A DNA stretch of 60,988 nt, filler included, from Chloroflexota bacterium (GTDB taxonomy: Bacteria; Chloroflexota; Chloroflexia; QHBQ01): assembly GCA_043754535.1 (NCBI GenBank). It is 6 parts of 5 records of this genome, joined end to end, with 100 filler letters (N's around TTAATTAATTAA, not from the genome) between each part and the next. Parts side by side here need not be neighbours in the genome. Positions count along the whole stretch, not along the records: positions 46,092 to 53,649 come from JAYUUN010000124.1; positions 53,750 to 60,988 come from JAYUUN010000127.1; 4 more parts are not named here. The stretch is one strand, 5' to 3'. Numbering within the stretch: position 1 is the stretch's first letter; each line of letters opens with the position of its first letter. Of the stretch, positions 47,181 through 55,872 are shown in pieces. The translations under genes were made by a program, and so were the position numbers. Under the pieces are notes generated by a model. It searched no databases, had not been told where the DNA came from, and saw only the letters and a program-made list of their open reading frames with translations.

Positions 47181-48404
47181 CTAAGGAAAGTAGGTCACAG
47201 GATTGGATACACCATTGTTATTGCATCCATACGGACTTTGATTTGCGTTCCAATTGTTCATCCCCACTGCCGCTCTGTCAACACAGCCTACCCATGATCC
47301 ATTAACGTTATTATCAAGGAAAGTGTTGTAGACCGGCAAATAGTACGATCCACCAATTTTCTCGCCACTGCTGACTATCCCATAGAAACTAGCTATGTGG
47401 TTGTTCCTTACAGTGTTACCCTGTGTAACGCTCAGGGAGTCGCTGTAGTAGCACAACAACAGGCCAGCTGGGTGCATTGCGTAACTGCCATTCCAGGTGC
47501 TTGAGGCTGGCCCATTAACACACTGCGGATGAACATCGCTCTGAGGAGCGACACTGTTAGTGCTTACTCCGTAGATTTGGTTGTTGGATATTGTCCAACC
47601 GCTTGCACCGAACATGGAGACCTCAGCCCACAGTGTGTTGCCAGCAACATAGCTGTGGTCAAGCACTCCGTTCCACACACCGTTGTTGTCTATGCCAGGA
47701 CCTTCGTTGTACGTGATGGTGGTAAAAACTATTTGAGGATTCATAGAACGGTTCTGAGCAAGATCAGAGCTGAACTGCATATAAACGCCAGCACGCCCTG
47801 GGGCATACTTTGGTGGATTCTGTTGATACTGAGACTCGCACTGAGACTGGAACACAGAGGGAGCCACTCCGTTCCTTGTTATTGTTACTCCTGACAGAAC
47901 AACACCTGCCCCCAGTATGGACACACCAACACATCTAGCATTCCGTACCTCGACATTGAGCATCGTTGTACCAGAAAGTATAGCACCAGCAGCAGCACCG
48001 ATGGTGCCGTTGATGTTCTTCCTACCATCTATGACCAAGTTGGATATGGTGGCATTTGATGAGCCAATGCCTGGGTTGGAGTAGTCAGGGTGCTGCTGCT
48101 CGATAACGGCAACAGAAGCATAATTGGGTCTTGTCCAAACTGCATCATTGCTAGGAGATATAACTGTGTCGGAGCCAGTACCACGTAGCGTTTTGTTCGA
48201 AGGAACATAAAGGGGCCAATCCAAATAATATGTTTGCGAAGCAAGTTGCACACAAGTCGCCGAGGAGTTAAGTGCTTGCTGAACAGTCTGACCCGCTGGC
48301 ACAGTAATGCAGACATCATCTGCCCTGGCAGCTGGCATGGAGGTAGTAAGTTGACAGGTAAACCCTATAAGCACGAATACAACGATGGCAACATCTTTCT
48401 TCAC
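47181..48404 (-). CDS. Secreted right-handed parallel beta-helix protein
   Basis: AAGGAG RBS + GTG 48404; signal peptide ending ARA-D; VPSNKTLRGTG, TISNLVIDG, Asn-rich turns; TTGCAT-N17-TATAAT at 48463-48491. Confidence 0.75.
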   Translation of the reverse strand: MKKDVAIVVFVLIGFTCQLTTSMPAARADDVCITVPAGQTVQQALNSSATCVQLASQTYYLDWPLYVPSNKTLRGTGSDTVISPSNDAVWTRPNYASVAVIEQQHPDYSNPGIGSSNATISNLVIDGRKNINGTIGAAAGAILSGTTMLNVEVRNARCVGVSILGAGVVLSGVTITRNGVAPSVFQSQCESQYQQNPPKYAPGRAGVYMQFSSDLAQNRSMNPQIVFTTITYNEGPGIDNNGVWNGVLDHSYVAGNTLWAEVSMFGASGWTISNNQIYGVSTNSVAPQSDVHPQCVNGPASSTWNGSYAMHPAGLLLCYYSDSLSVTQGNTVRNNHIASFYGIVSSGEKIGGSYYLPVYNTFLDNNVNGSWVGCVDRAAVGMNNWNANQSPYGCNNNGVSNPVTYFP

Positions 48405-48507
48405 AGCTTGCTCCTTATCTCGCCTGTTGTGAACAGGCAATTCGCAATGACAACGCATGCCTATTATACCGCCGAACTGTCAATAATGCAATAGTTGAAC
48501 ATTGTCT

Positions 48508-49371
48508 TTAGAGTTGTTTGCGTTGGTTGCTGCGGTCGTTGCGGCTGCCCCCACCCTCACGCTTGTCGGTGAAGCTGGCGTTAGGAAAGAGGCGGCGTTC
48601 GATCTGCTCATATGTCCCCTCGAAGTCGCACTTGCCGTAGAGTGGGCAGGCCCGGCAGTACACGCCATTGGTGTAGCGTTCCAGGTTCTCGCGGTTGAAG
48701 AAGTAGGGCTTGTGGCTGAAGGTGCTGGCGACCCATTGCCAGGAGAGGTTGTTGCTGGCTGGGTCACCATCCAACAGGTGTTGCAGGAACCAGCGCGCCC
48801 CTGCCTGCCACTTGACCTTGCGCCAGTGGACAAGGTAGGCCGCCAGCCACATCCGCGCATGGTTGTGCAAATAGCCGCTCTCGTGCAGGTCGCGGCTGAA
48901 GCTGTCAATGCAGACCTGGCCTGTCTCGCCCGCGTCCACATCAGCGGGCAGTGCTGCGGCGTAGTCCTTCGGCTGGTAGCCCGTCTTGTACGGCTCCTGG
49001 TCTTGCCAGATGCCGTCCCCGATCTGCCAATAGACGCGCTGCCAGTAGTCGCGCCAGGCCAGTTCGTTGACTAGCTTCTCGGCCTCGGCCTGCGCCCGCA
49101 CCTGGGCCAGCACTGCGTCGCGCACTTCGGCCAGGCTGAGAACACCATAGCGCAGGTAAGGGCTGAGGCGGGTGACGGCCCCGCTGAAGAAGTTACGGCT
49201 TGCGGCATAGCGCAACGGGTCAACTGCCGCCAACCGTGCCTCCGCCGCCTTGCGCCCACCGACGGTGGCGGTCACCTGGCTGTCGCGGGCAGTAGCGGCG
49301 GGGAACTGCTCGTGCAGGTAAGCGATCAACTCCTCGCGGCTGGCGAAGTCGCGGCGCATATTGTTGCTCAT
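48508..49371 (-). CDS. Short photolyase-like protein (FAD-binding domain only) with four putative Fe-S cysteines
   Basis: YAASRN, TRLSPYLRYG, ELAWRDYW, GYLHNHARMWLAAY, LLDGDPASNNLSWQWVA; Cys in TGQVC and YCRACPLYGKC. Confidence 0.85.
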   Translation of the reverse strand: MSNNMRRDFASREELIAYLHEQFPAATARDSQVTATVGGRKAAEARLAAVDPLRYAASRNFFSGAVTRLSPYLRYGVLSLAEVRDAVLAQVRAQAEAEKLVNELAWRDYWQRVYWQIGDGIWQDQEPYKTGYQPKDYAAALPADVDAGETGQVCIDSFSRDLHESGYLHNHARMWLAAYLVHWRKVKWQAGARWFLQHLLDGDPASNNLSWQWVASTFSHKPYFFNRENLERYTNGVYCRACPLYGKCDFEGTYEQIERRLFPNASFTDKREGGGSRNDRSNQRKQL

Positions 49372-49433
49372 CAGTGGTGTTTCCTTTACCCTGGTTTGCA
49401 GGTAGTATAGCACATCGAAGCGGTGCTGGTTAG

Positions 49434-50072
49434 CTAAGGGCAAAGCTGCTGGTCGTAGGTCAGCAGCAGGTCGCCAGCAGGTTGCACACCTTCGGCCAGG
49501 CGGTGCAACCAGGCGGTTAGCTCATCGCCGGTGAGCATCCAGGGTTTGTCCGGGTCTTTCTGTTCCGGTTCGCATAGTTGCAACCAGACGATCTGGCGCA
49601 ACTCCATCACCTCAGCCGAGGAGCAGGCGAAGAACTCGCGTATCTTGCGTTCACGGGAAATCACAATGCGATCTCTGGTCGCAGACGCTGCTTCGAGCAG
49701 GAAGATGTCGTCGGCGAACTCTTGCAGGAGTGCGGGCCGATCTACCAAACGCACTTCCTTGCGCTTGCGCTGAACGTAGCGTTGGGCGTAGGCCATGATC
49801 TTGTTATGCAGGTTGGCCGGTGGTTTGGGGACGAGGATACGGTCAGCAGCCAGTATCTGCCTGCGCCATTGCAGGGCGTAGTTCAACGCCTGCCCCTCGC
49901 CCACCCACTCGCGCAACACGTCAGGCGTTTCAACAAAGTAGTGACCGGCTTCGTAGATGGCATCGAGGCAGGCAGCCGAGGACAACGCCTCGTCGCTGGC
50001 AGGGCTACGGCGGTTGCCAGCCCCATGCGCAATGTTGGTATCTACCACTATGGCTGCCCTGTAGTAGACCAC
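49434..50072 (-). CDS. PIN-like hypothetical protein
   Basis: IVVDTN at the N-terminus, LREW, DDIFLLEAA..DRIVISRE; TAGTG overlap with the upstream ATPase. Confidence 0.55.
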   Translation of the reverse strand: MVYYRAAIVVDTNIAHGAGNRRSPASDEALSSAACLDAIYEAGHYFVETPDVLREWVGEGQALNYALQWRRQILAADRILVPKPPANLHNKIMAYAQRYVQRKRKEVRLVDRPALLQEFADDIFLLEAASATRDRIVISRERKIREFFACSSAEVMELRQIVWLQLCEPEQKDPDKPWMLTGDELTAWLHRLAEGVQPAGDLLLTYDQQLCP

Positions 50073-51562
50073 TAGTCAGCAGCCTGGGTGGCGCTTTCCG
50101 ACTGCGCGGCAATATCGCCTACATCGGCTTCGTGACTGCCGTTGCTGCCGTTGCTGCCGTTGTTCTGCGCCAGCCGCCCCTTGGCCTGCTGCTCACGGAG
50201 GCGGGCGTTGGAGGCGCGGGCGTAGCGGCGTTGCCAGTAAAGCTCGGTCTCATCAAAATCCTCCGGCCAGTCGCCCAGCGAACCAGTCTCGTCAGGGAAG
50301 TGGCTGTCCACTTTCGTCCCGCCGCTGTCGGGGTCGCGGCTGAACCAGTGCATGGCAACCAGGTTGTGGTCAAGCTGCTGCTCGGCAATGAGCGTCTGGA
50401 TTGCCAGCAAGAGGATTGAGCTATGCGTCTCGATCACCACGCGCACGCCACGCTTGGCCGCATCCGCCAGCAGCCCAGCCATCGCCGCCTGCGCTCGTGG
50501 ATGCAGGTGCAACTCTGGCTGCTCGATGTAGACTAGCTGGCCCGGCTTGGCAATGAGCAGCGCGACGACGACGGGCAGCACTTGCGACACGCCGAAGCCT
50601 ACATCAGCGATGGAGACGGTATCGGTTGCGTCGCTGGTTAGGGTGCGTCCAACACGAACCTCAATCTCAACGTCACTAAGAGCCGCAGTTCTAACCACAC
50701 TCGCCACCCCCAACCTAGCTAGGGCATCTACAAGCTGCTTAAACTCATCTTGGTTGGCAGATTGCCAGCGGTGTACAATGCTGGCAACGTAGTTCTCAAA
50801 CGTCCCTGGAAAAACTCTTGCCCCAGCAGAGCCAGCCCGCTTGTAGTTGCGTTCTGGTGCACCACGCAGACCTGGTACGTGAATAACTTGAACTACGTTC
50901 TGCCCAAGACTAGGATGAGTGTCAAAGACAGAGTTTATCTTTATCTCTTCGCCGTTTGGTAGTGTAATAACAAAATCTATCTTCAAGAAGCATCTGTCAC
51001 GGTGCATGGTTATGTCAGCGTCGGCTGTTTTTTGTGAGACAAAAACCTGACGCAACTGAGGAGGCATTTGATTAGTGGCGTTATTAAGAGCTTTCTTAAT
51101 ATCCTTCCTTGACATAGCTGCCTTAGCAAAGTAGTTGTCAGCCGAAGCCTTTATTTCTGTACTGTCTACATACAAGCCAGTATTAGAAAGCACAAAAGCA
51201 CTCTCTAGTGCTATTCTTCCAAGTTCCAATTTCACAATGAACTTCTTTTTGCCTCTGCTTGCTGATAGTGAGAACAACTGCTTTGTCTCTGAGAAGTTAA
51301 CGTTCGGCCCATCCAGCTTAAGCGGCCCTGGATCATACGGAGCTTCCAACGTCTGCTTCATCAGCAGCAGCGGTTGCATGATGCTCGACTTGCCGCTGCT
51401 GTTCGCGCCCGCCAGGATAGTCAGCGGGCGGATTTCGATGCTGGTTTCGTCGCGCAACGACTTGAAGCCCTGCACCGTGATGCGGGTGATGCCGCGTGGC
51501 TGCGGCTGCTCCGGCTGCTCCTCTGGCTGCTCGTCTGGCTGCACGTGTGCTTCGTCGCTCAT
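50072..51562 (-). CDS. ABC-type AAA_15/AAA_21 ATPase with DUF3696-like C-terminus
   Basis: VQGFKS, Walker A GANSSGKS, VGFGVSQVLP, Walker B VYIEQPELHLHP, IETHS, GSLGDWPEDF. Confidence 0.9.
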   Translation of the reverse strand: MSDEAHVQPDEQPEEQPEQPQPRGITRITVQGFKSLRDETSIEIRPLTILAGANSSGKSSIMQPLLLMKQTLEAPYDPGPLKLDGPNVNFSETKQLFSLSASRGKKKFIVKLELGRIALESAFVLSNTGLYVDSTEIKASADNYFAKAAMSRKDIKKALNNATNQMPPQLRQVFVSQKTADADITMHRDRCFLKIDFVITLPNGEEIKINSVFDTHPSLGQNVVQVIHVPGLRGAPERNYKRAGSAGARVFPGTFENYVASIVHRWQSANQDEFKQLVDALARLGVASVVRTAALSDVEIEVRVGRTLTSDATDTVSIADVGFGVSQVLPVVVALLIAKPGQLVYIEQPELHLHPRAQAAMAGLLADAAKRGVRVVIETHSSILLLAIQTLIAEQQLDHNLVAMHWFSRDPDSGGTKVDSHFPDETGSLGDWPEDFDETELYWQRRYARASNARLREQQAKGRLAQNNGSNGSNGSHEADVGDIAAQSESATQAAD

Positions 51563-51613
51563 CTCTGCCCCTCCTGATCAACCTACTACTATCGTTTGTT
51601 GCCGCTGACAAGC

Positions 51614-51763
51614 CTAGCCCTTCGGCCTGCGCGTCTTGCAAGCGTCGCTGCAATACTTCACCTCGTCCCACACCTTCGCCCACTTCTTGCGCCAGGTGAA
51701 TGGCCGACCACAAGTGGCGCAGACCTTGCTCGGCAGGTTTTCCTTCTTTACTCCACGTGTCAT
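51614..51763 (-). CDS. DUF2256 small Cys-rich protein (49 aa; absent from the ORF track)
   Basis: MTRGVKKENLPSKVCATCGRPFTWRKKWAKVWDEVKYCSDACKTRRPKG*. Confidence 0.9.
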   Translation of the reverse strand: MTRGVKKENLPSKVCATCGRPFTWRKKWAKVWDEVKYCSDACKTRRPKG

Positions 51764-51847
51764 CTGCTACCCCCCCTGTTACTTGCTGACCCCTTGATTA
51801 TAGCCTATCGGCCAGCGAATTAACAGTGGCAAGCTCGCTTGAGGCTA

Positions 51848-52384
51848 TCAGCGACCCTCGCGCATCCCGGCCTTGCGGCGGCGGCGCATCTGCGCGGGCG
51901 GCGGGCGGTTGCTCACCTCGCCCCCAACGATCACACTGATCGAGCCGTCCACCTCTAGCACCGCTGAGAGACATTGACTGATCTGGTCTACACCATGTTC
52001 ACGCAGGGCTTGCAGCACGTCGTCGGCACTAATATGCTGATTGCGCAGGTTGTCAGTCAGCAACACGCCATTGTGGACAAGCTGAGTCGGCTGATCGTCA
52101 ACCAGTCGATTGAAGGTAGGGCTACGCATCCGCAGGAAGGTGAGTACGGTATTGAGCAACAGCAGCGTGCTAGCCGCCACCAGGCCGCCGGTCAGCGAAC
52201 TGTCACTGCCGACCATTGCGTTCTGCACTGCATTGGAGAGCAGCAGCAGCAGTACCAGGTCAACGGGACTGAGTTGGCCCAGTTCGCGCTTGCCCGTCAG
52301 CCGCAGGGCGATCACTAGAAAGAGGTAGACGATAGCAGAACGAGCGGCTACCTCAAGGATGACCAGGGGATCGAAGTGGAACAT
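51848..52384 (-). CDS. DUF421/YetF-family membrane protein
   Basis: LRLTGKRELGQLSPVDLV, LREHGV, AVLEVDGSISV. Confidence 0.9.
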   Translation of the reverse strand: MFHFDPLVILEVAARSAIVYLFLVIALRLTGKRELGQLSPVDLVLLLLLSNAVQNAMVGSDSSLTGGLVAASTLLLLNTVLTFLRMRSPTFNRLVDDQPTQLVHNGVLLTDNLRNQHISADDVLQALREHGVDQISQCLSAVLEVDGSISVIVGGEVSNRPPPAQMRRRRKAGMREGR

Positions 52385-53073
52385 GGGCTACTCCTGGAGC
52401 AGGCCGCTAACTTAAGGCAGGCCAGTGGGCCACCGTCGTAGCCAGCGATGAATGCATCCACCCGCTGCCCTGGTTGGCCGTGGGCTGCCGGGTCGAACCA
52501 GGGCATGGCCTCCTCATCACCCGCCCCATAGAGGCTGATCGTAGCTTCGTCGAGGTCGCCCGCCTCCAACCAGCCGATCTGCTTGCTGTGCTGTGTCCAT
52601 GCCCCTGCGAAGCAGTCGGCCTGCAATTCGAGGTAGAGATTGTATTCGATCACGCGATAGCCGCTGTAGGTGGGGTCGTAGCCGTCGCGCAGCAGGTTGA
52701 GTTGCACCAGATGGCCCCACTCGTGGGCCAGAACCAGCACTGGCGCGAAGTCGCCTACCGTGCGGTAATAGCGTTTGAGGAAGTTCACATCGTAGTAGAT
52801 GATGTTGTTTGAGCCACAGTAGCCAGCATTGTTAGTGGGGATGTAGCCACAAGCCTTGCTGCGGAAGGCAGTGCTGTAGCCAACCACGTTGGCAGGCGGG
52901 CGGTAGACCAGCTTCCAACTTTTGAACTGGCTGGCCCAATAGGCGTTGATGTTGTTGCGCGCAAAGCTCATGTCGCCCGCGAACTCCTTGTCCGCTGCCG
53001 TCTGTGCCTGAGCAAGTGCGGGACTGAGCGCGAGCAGCAAGGCGAAGCCGAGAATGAGGAGGAACTTACGCAT
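52348..53073 (-). CDS. Secreted neutral zinc metallopeptidase (YpfJ-like)
   Basis: Signal peptide, AGYC, VLAHEWGH, ELQADCFAG, HGQPGQR. Confidence 0.88.
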   Translation of the reverse strand: MRKFLLILGFALLLALSPALAQAQTAADKEFAGDMSFARNNINAYWASQFKSWKLVYRPPANVVGYSTAFRSKACGYIPTNNAGYCGSNNIIYYDVNFLKRYYRTVGDFAPVLVLAHEWGHLVQLNLLRDGYDPTYSGYRVIEYNLYLELQADCFAGAWTQHSKQIGWLEAGDLDEATISLYGAGDEEAMPWFDPAAHGQPGQRVDAFIAGYDGGPLACLKLAACSRSSPCSTSIPWSSLR

Positions 53074-53153
53074 AGCACCCGCCTTGCTAGCTAAAATCGT
53101 GGGCTGTGTTGGCCGCCACCTCTATTATAGCACGGCACCACCAGCCTACCCAA

Positions 53154-53648
53154 CTAGATATTGCCGACCGCGATTGGTGCGCCGCTAGGGGTAGGGCTGC
53201 CGCCCGTCGGCTCCACCGTAATGCCGACTGCTGCATAGTCCGCGAGGCTACCACTGAAGGTGAGATTGTGGACCGCCTGCCCCTTTGCGTCGGGGTCGAA
53301 GGTGCCAGCTGGGAGCGGCTTGCCGTCCTTGCCAATCACCCACAACTCATACGTCTTACCGCTCGGCACCGGCGCGAGGTTGTAGGCCAATACTACGCCC
53401 TTGTTGCTGTTGGGGTTGGCGATAAACTGGCTGGTTAGCGGCTGATCTTTGGCTGCCACTTCGCGTACTACTGTGCCACGTTGGGCCAACAGTTCGTTCG
53501 CCCCCTGGAGGCTGCTGACACTCTGCTGGGCGGCGGTTAGCTGGCTGGTCAAGGTGGCATTGTCGCCCTTCGCCTGGGTGATTTGCCCTTGCAAGCCCGC
53601 GACCTCTTGTTTGGCCTGGCCCAGTTGCGCCTGGATGCGGGTTAGTTG
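53154..53648 (-). CDS. Anti-sigma-K factor (RskA-like) C-terminal part (5' partial)
   Basis: Coiled coil then LAPVPSGKTYELWVI..PLPAGTF..VGITVEPTGGSPTPSG. Confidence 0.85.
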   Translation of the reverse strand, partial: QLTRIQAQLGQAKQEVAGLQGQITQAKGDNATLTSQLTAAQQSVSSLQGANELLAQRGTVVREVAAKDQPLTSQFIANPNSNKGVVLAYNLAPVPSGKTYELWVIGKDGKPLPAGTFDPDAKGQAVHNLTFSGSLADYAAVGITVEPTGGSPTPSGAPIAVGNI

Positions 53649-53649
53649 G

Positions 53650-53749
53650 NNNNNNNNNNNNNNNNNNNNNNNNNNNNNNNNNNNNNNNNNNNNTTAATTA
53701 ATTAANNNNNNNNNNNNNNNNNNNNNNNNNNNNNNNNNNNNNNNNNNNN
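53650..53749. other. Artificial contig spacer
   Basis: N44-TTAATTAATTAA-N44. Confidence 0.99.
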
Positions 53750-54055
53750 ACAGGAACGGAGACCACCGAAGACTTCCCTGCTCTCTTTGTCTACATCGGC
53801 CTCGATCCCAACACTGCCTACCTGCGCGCGCCGCTTGAGGCGAACCAGCAGGCAGGTCAGGATCAGCAGTCAGACACAGTTATGCTGACCGCTGAGGGCT
53901 TTATCGCTACTGATAGCCAATTGCGAACCAACATCCCCGGCATCTTCGCGGCGGGTGACGTGCGGGCGGCCAGCACCAAGCAGGTTGCCAGTGCAGTTGG
54001 CGAAGGGGCGACGGCAGCCTTGATGATCCGCGAATACCTCAACGAGCAGGGCTGA
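53750..54055 (+). CDS. trxB: Thioredoxin reductase C-terminal fragment (5' partial; absent from the ORF track)
   Basis: LFVYIGLDPNT..EGFIATD..TNIPGIFAAGDVR..KQVASAVGEGATAA..IREYL. Confidence 0.85.
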   Translation, partial: TGTETTEDFPALFVYIGLDPNTAYLRAPLEANQQAGQDQQSDTVMLTAEGFIATDSQLRTNIPGIFAAGDVRAASTKQVASAVGEGATAALMIREYLNEQG

Positions 54056-54072
54056 CCCCAGTCTTAGCCGAA

Positions 54073-54111
54073 TGCGCCCCACCGTCAGCCGAAGGTGGGG
54101 CGCACTCTTTT
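54073..54111 (+). terminator. trxB terminator
   Basis: TGCGCCCCACC-loop-GGTGGGGCGCA-CTCTTTT. Confidence 0.8.
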
Positions 54112-54193
54112 GGGGGCGATAAACAAAACCGCCACCATCGGAGAGAATGGCAGCGGTCTTGCAGAGAGAAAGGAGGATGTATGTGGTCGCGGG

Positions 54194-55351
54194 CTAGCGG
54201 GTAGGCTGGCTGCTAGGATACTGAGCCAGCTTGACCTTGATGGTCAGGGTTTCAGTGCCGCGCACGACCTTGAGTTCTACCGTGTCATTCGGGTTGTACT
54301 TGATCAGCATATCACTGAGCGTACTGGTTTCGTTGATCTCCTTACCGTCGAGGTTGGTAATTACATCGTCGGCTTGCAAGCCCGCCTTGTCGGCTGGGCC
54401 ACCGGTTGCTACGCTACGCACCAGTGCGCCATTCTGGGCGGTGGTGTCGATCTGGTAGTAAGCGGCAGTCTGGCTGCTGAAGGGAACGAACTGGACACCG
54501 AGGTACGGGTAGATGACGCTGCCGCTCTTGATTAGCTTGTCGGCAATCTGCTTGGCCGCGTTGATCGGGATGCTGAAGCCGAGACCCTCGGCCACATCGC
54601 TGCCCATCGTGCCATCGCTGCGTACTACTGCTGTGTTGATGCCGACCACCTCGCCGTTCAGGTTGGCAAGTGGGCCACCGCTGTTACCGTGGTTGATAGC
54701 AGTGTCAGTCTGGATGAACTGGGCGATGCTATCCGAGCCGTCAACCTTGCGGTTGAGTGCGCTGATTACGCCAGCAGTGACGGTATTGCGGTAGTTACCG
54801 AGCGCAGAGCCAATGGCGATTACTGGCTGGCCGGGCTGGAGCTTGGTGCTGTCGCCCAGGATAGCTACGGCTGGGACGGCACCCTCAATCTTGATCACCG
54901 CCACATCCATGCGCGGGTCTGCTCCAATCAGCTTGGCAGTAACGCTCTTGCCACCGCTAGCAAAGATCACCTCTAGTTTCTGCTCGCCATCAACCACGTG
55001 GGCATTGGTCATGATGTAGCCAGACTTGTCGAAGATAATGCCACTGCCAATTGCGGTGCCGCTCGACTGGTTGCGGGTGGCCGACGTTGTGTTGACGATG
55101 GTCACTACCGCTGGACCGAGCTTCTGCGCAGCGGCCACAGTGTCGGACTGGCTGCCCTGGGCTTGCACTGTGGTCTGCGGCTGGGTGGGGACTGCCTTGC
55201 TGCTGGTCAGGCTAACGGCAGCGGCGGGGGCAGTCTGAACGCTACGTTGGCTGAAGTAGGTGGCGGTGGCGAACCCAGCCACTGCGCCAGTGATCGAACC
55301 GATCAACAGGCTGAGAACCAGTACGGCAGTAAAGAGACGATACTTTGCCAC
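54194..55351 (-). CDS. htrA: HtrA/DegP-family serine protease with one PDZ domain
   Basis: GSGII, TNAHVV, DVAVIK, QTDTAINHGNSGGPL, PYLGV..GPADKAGL; N-terminal TM. Confidence 0.93.
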   Translation of the reverse strand: MAKYRLFTAVLVLSLLIGSITGAVAGFATATYFSQRSVQTAPAAAVSLTSSKAVPTQPQTTVQAQGSQSDTVAAAQKLGPAVVTIVNTTSATRNQSSGTAIGSGIIFDKSGYIMTNAHVVDGEQKLEVIFASGGKSVTAKLIGADPRMDVAVIKIEGAVPAVAILGDSTKLQPGQPVIAIGSALGNYRNTVTAGVISALNRKVDGSDSIAQFIQTDTAINHGNSGGPLANLNGEVVGINTAVVRSDGTMGSDVAEGLGFSIPINAAKQIADKLIKSGSVIYPYLGVQFVPFSSQTAAYYQIDTTAQNGALVRSVATGGPADKAGLQADDVITNLDGKEINETSTLSDMLIKYNPNDTVELKVVRGTETLTIKVKLAQYPSSQPTR

Positions 55352-55463
55352 GATTTTGCTCCTTCTAAATGATGACTAAACTGATATTGGATGCGAATGA
55401 GACGGCTGAGCGGCGTTACCCTCATCTGATTGTTCAACAGCCGCCTCACTCGCTTACTACCCC

Positions 55464-55517
55464 ATTCTAACCGACCAGCATTAACCTGACCTTAGTTGGC
55501 GATTAGAGTTAGCTTAG
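55464..55517 (-). promoter_or_regulatory. htrA promoter with four 11-bp-phased repeats
   Basis: -10 TAGAAT at 55464-55469; plus-strand ATTAA/CTTAG/ATTAG/CTTAG at 55480, 55491, 55502, 55513. Confidence 0.6.
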
Positions 55518-55872
55518 GAAAGCAGTTCCTGCTCCCAGGCCAGCCTGGGCCAAGTAGACGCAGGGTGCCGCTAAGAAGTAGGTGTGAAGGTTGAGCGTGG
55601 GTCAGGCGGTGAGCCACCTGGACTGCCTGAACCACCCAGCCCGCCACCACCTGCTGCTGGGGCCGCACTGGGGTCTACGCCGAGGGTGATGCTAGCCGCG
55701 GCTAATGCCAGGGTTGATCGGCTGCTGACCGTCGGTTGCCACGTGTTCTTTCACCACTAACCTCCTTGTCGGTCTGCATATTAGTAGCGGCTGGCTGACT
55801 GCCAAATGCGCTTCCTCACTTTATTATGCGGGCTGAAGATGAAGGCTTAGTGGCTGAAAGATGAAGAAACGG

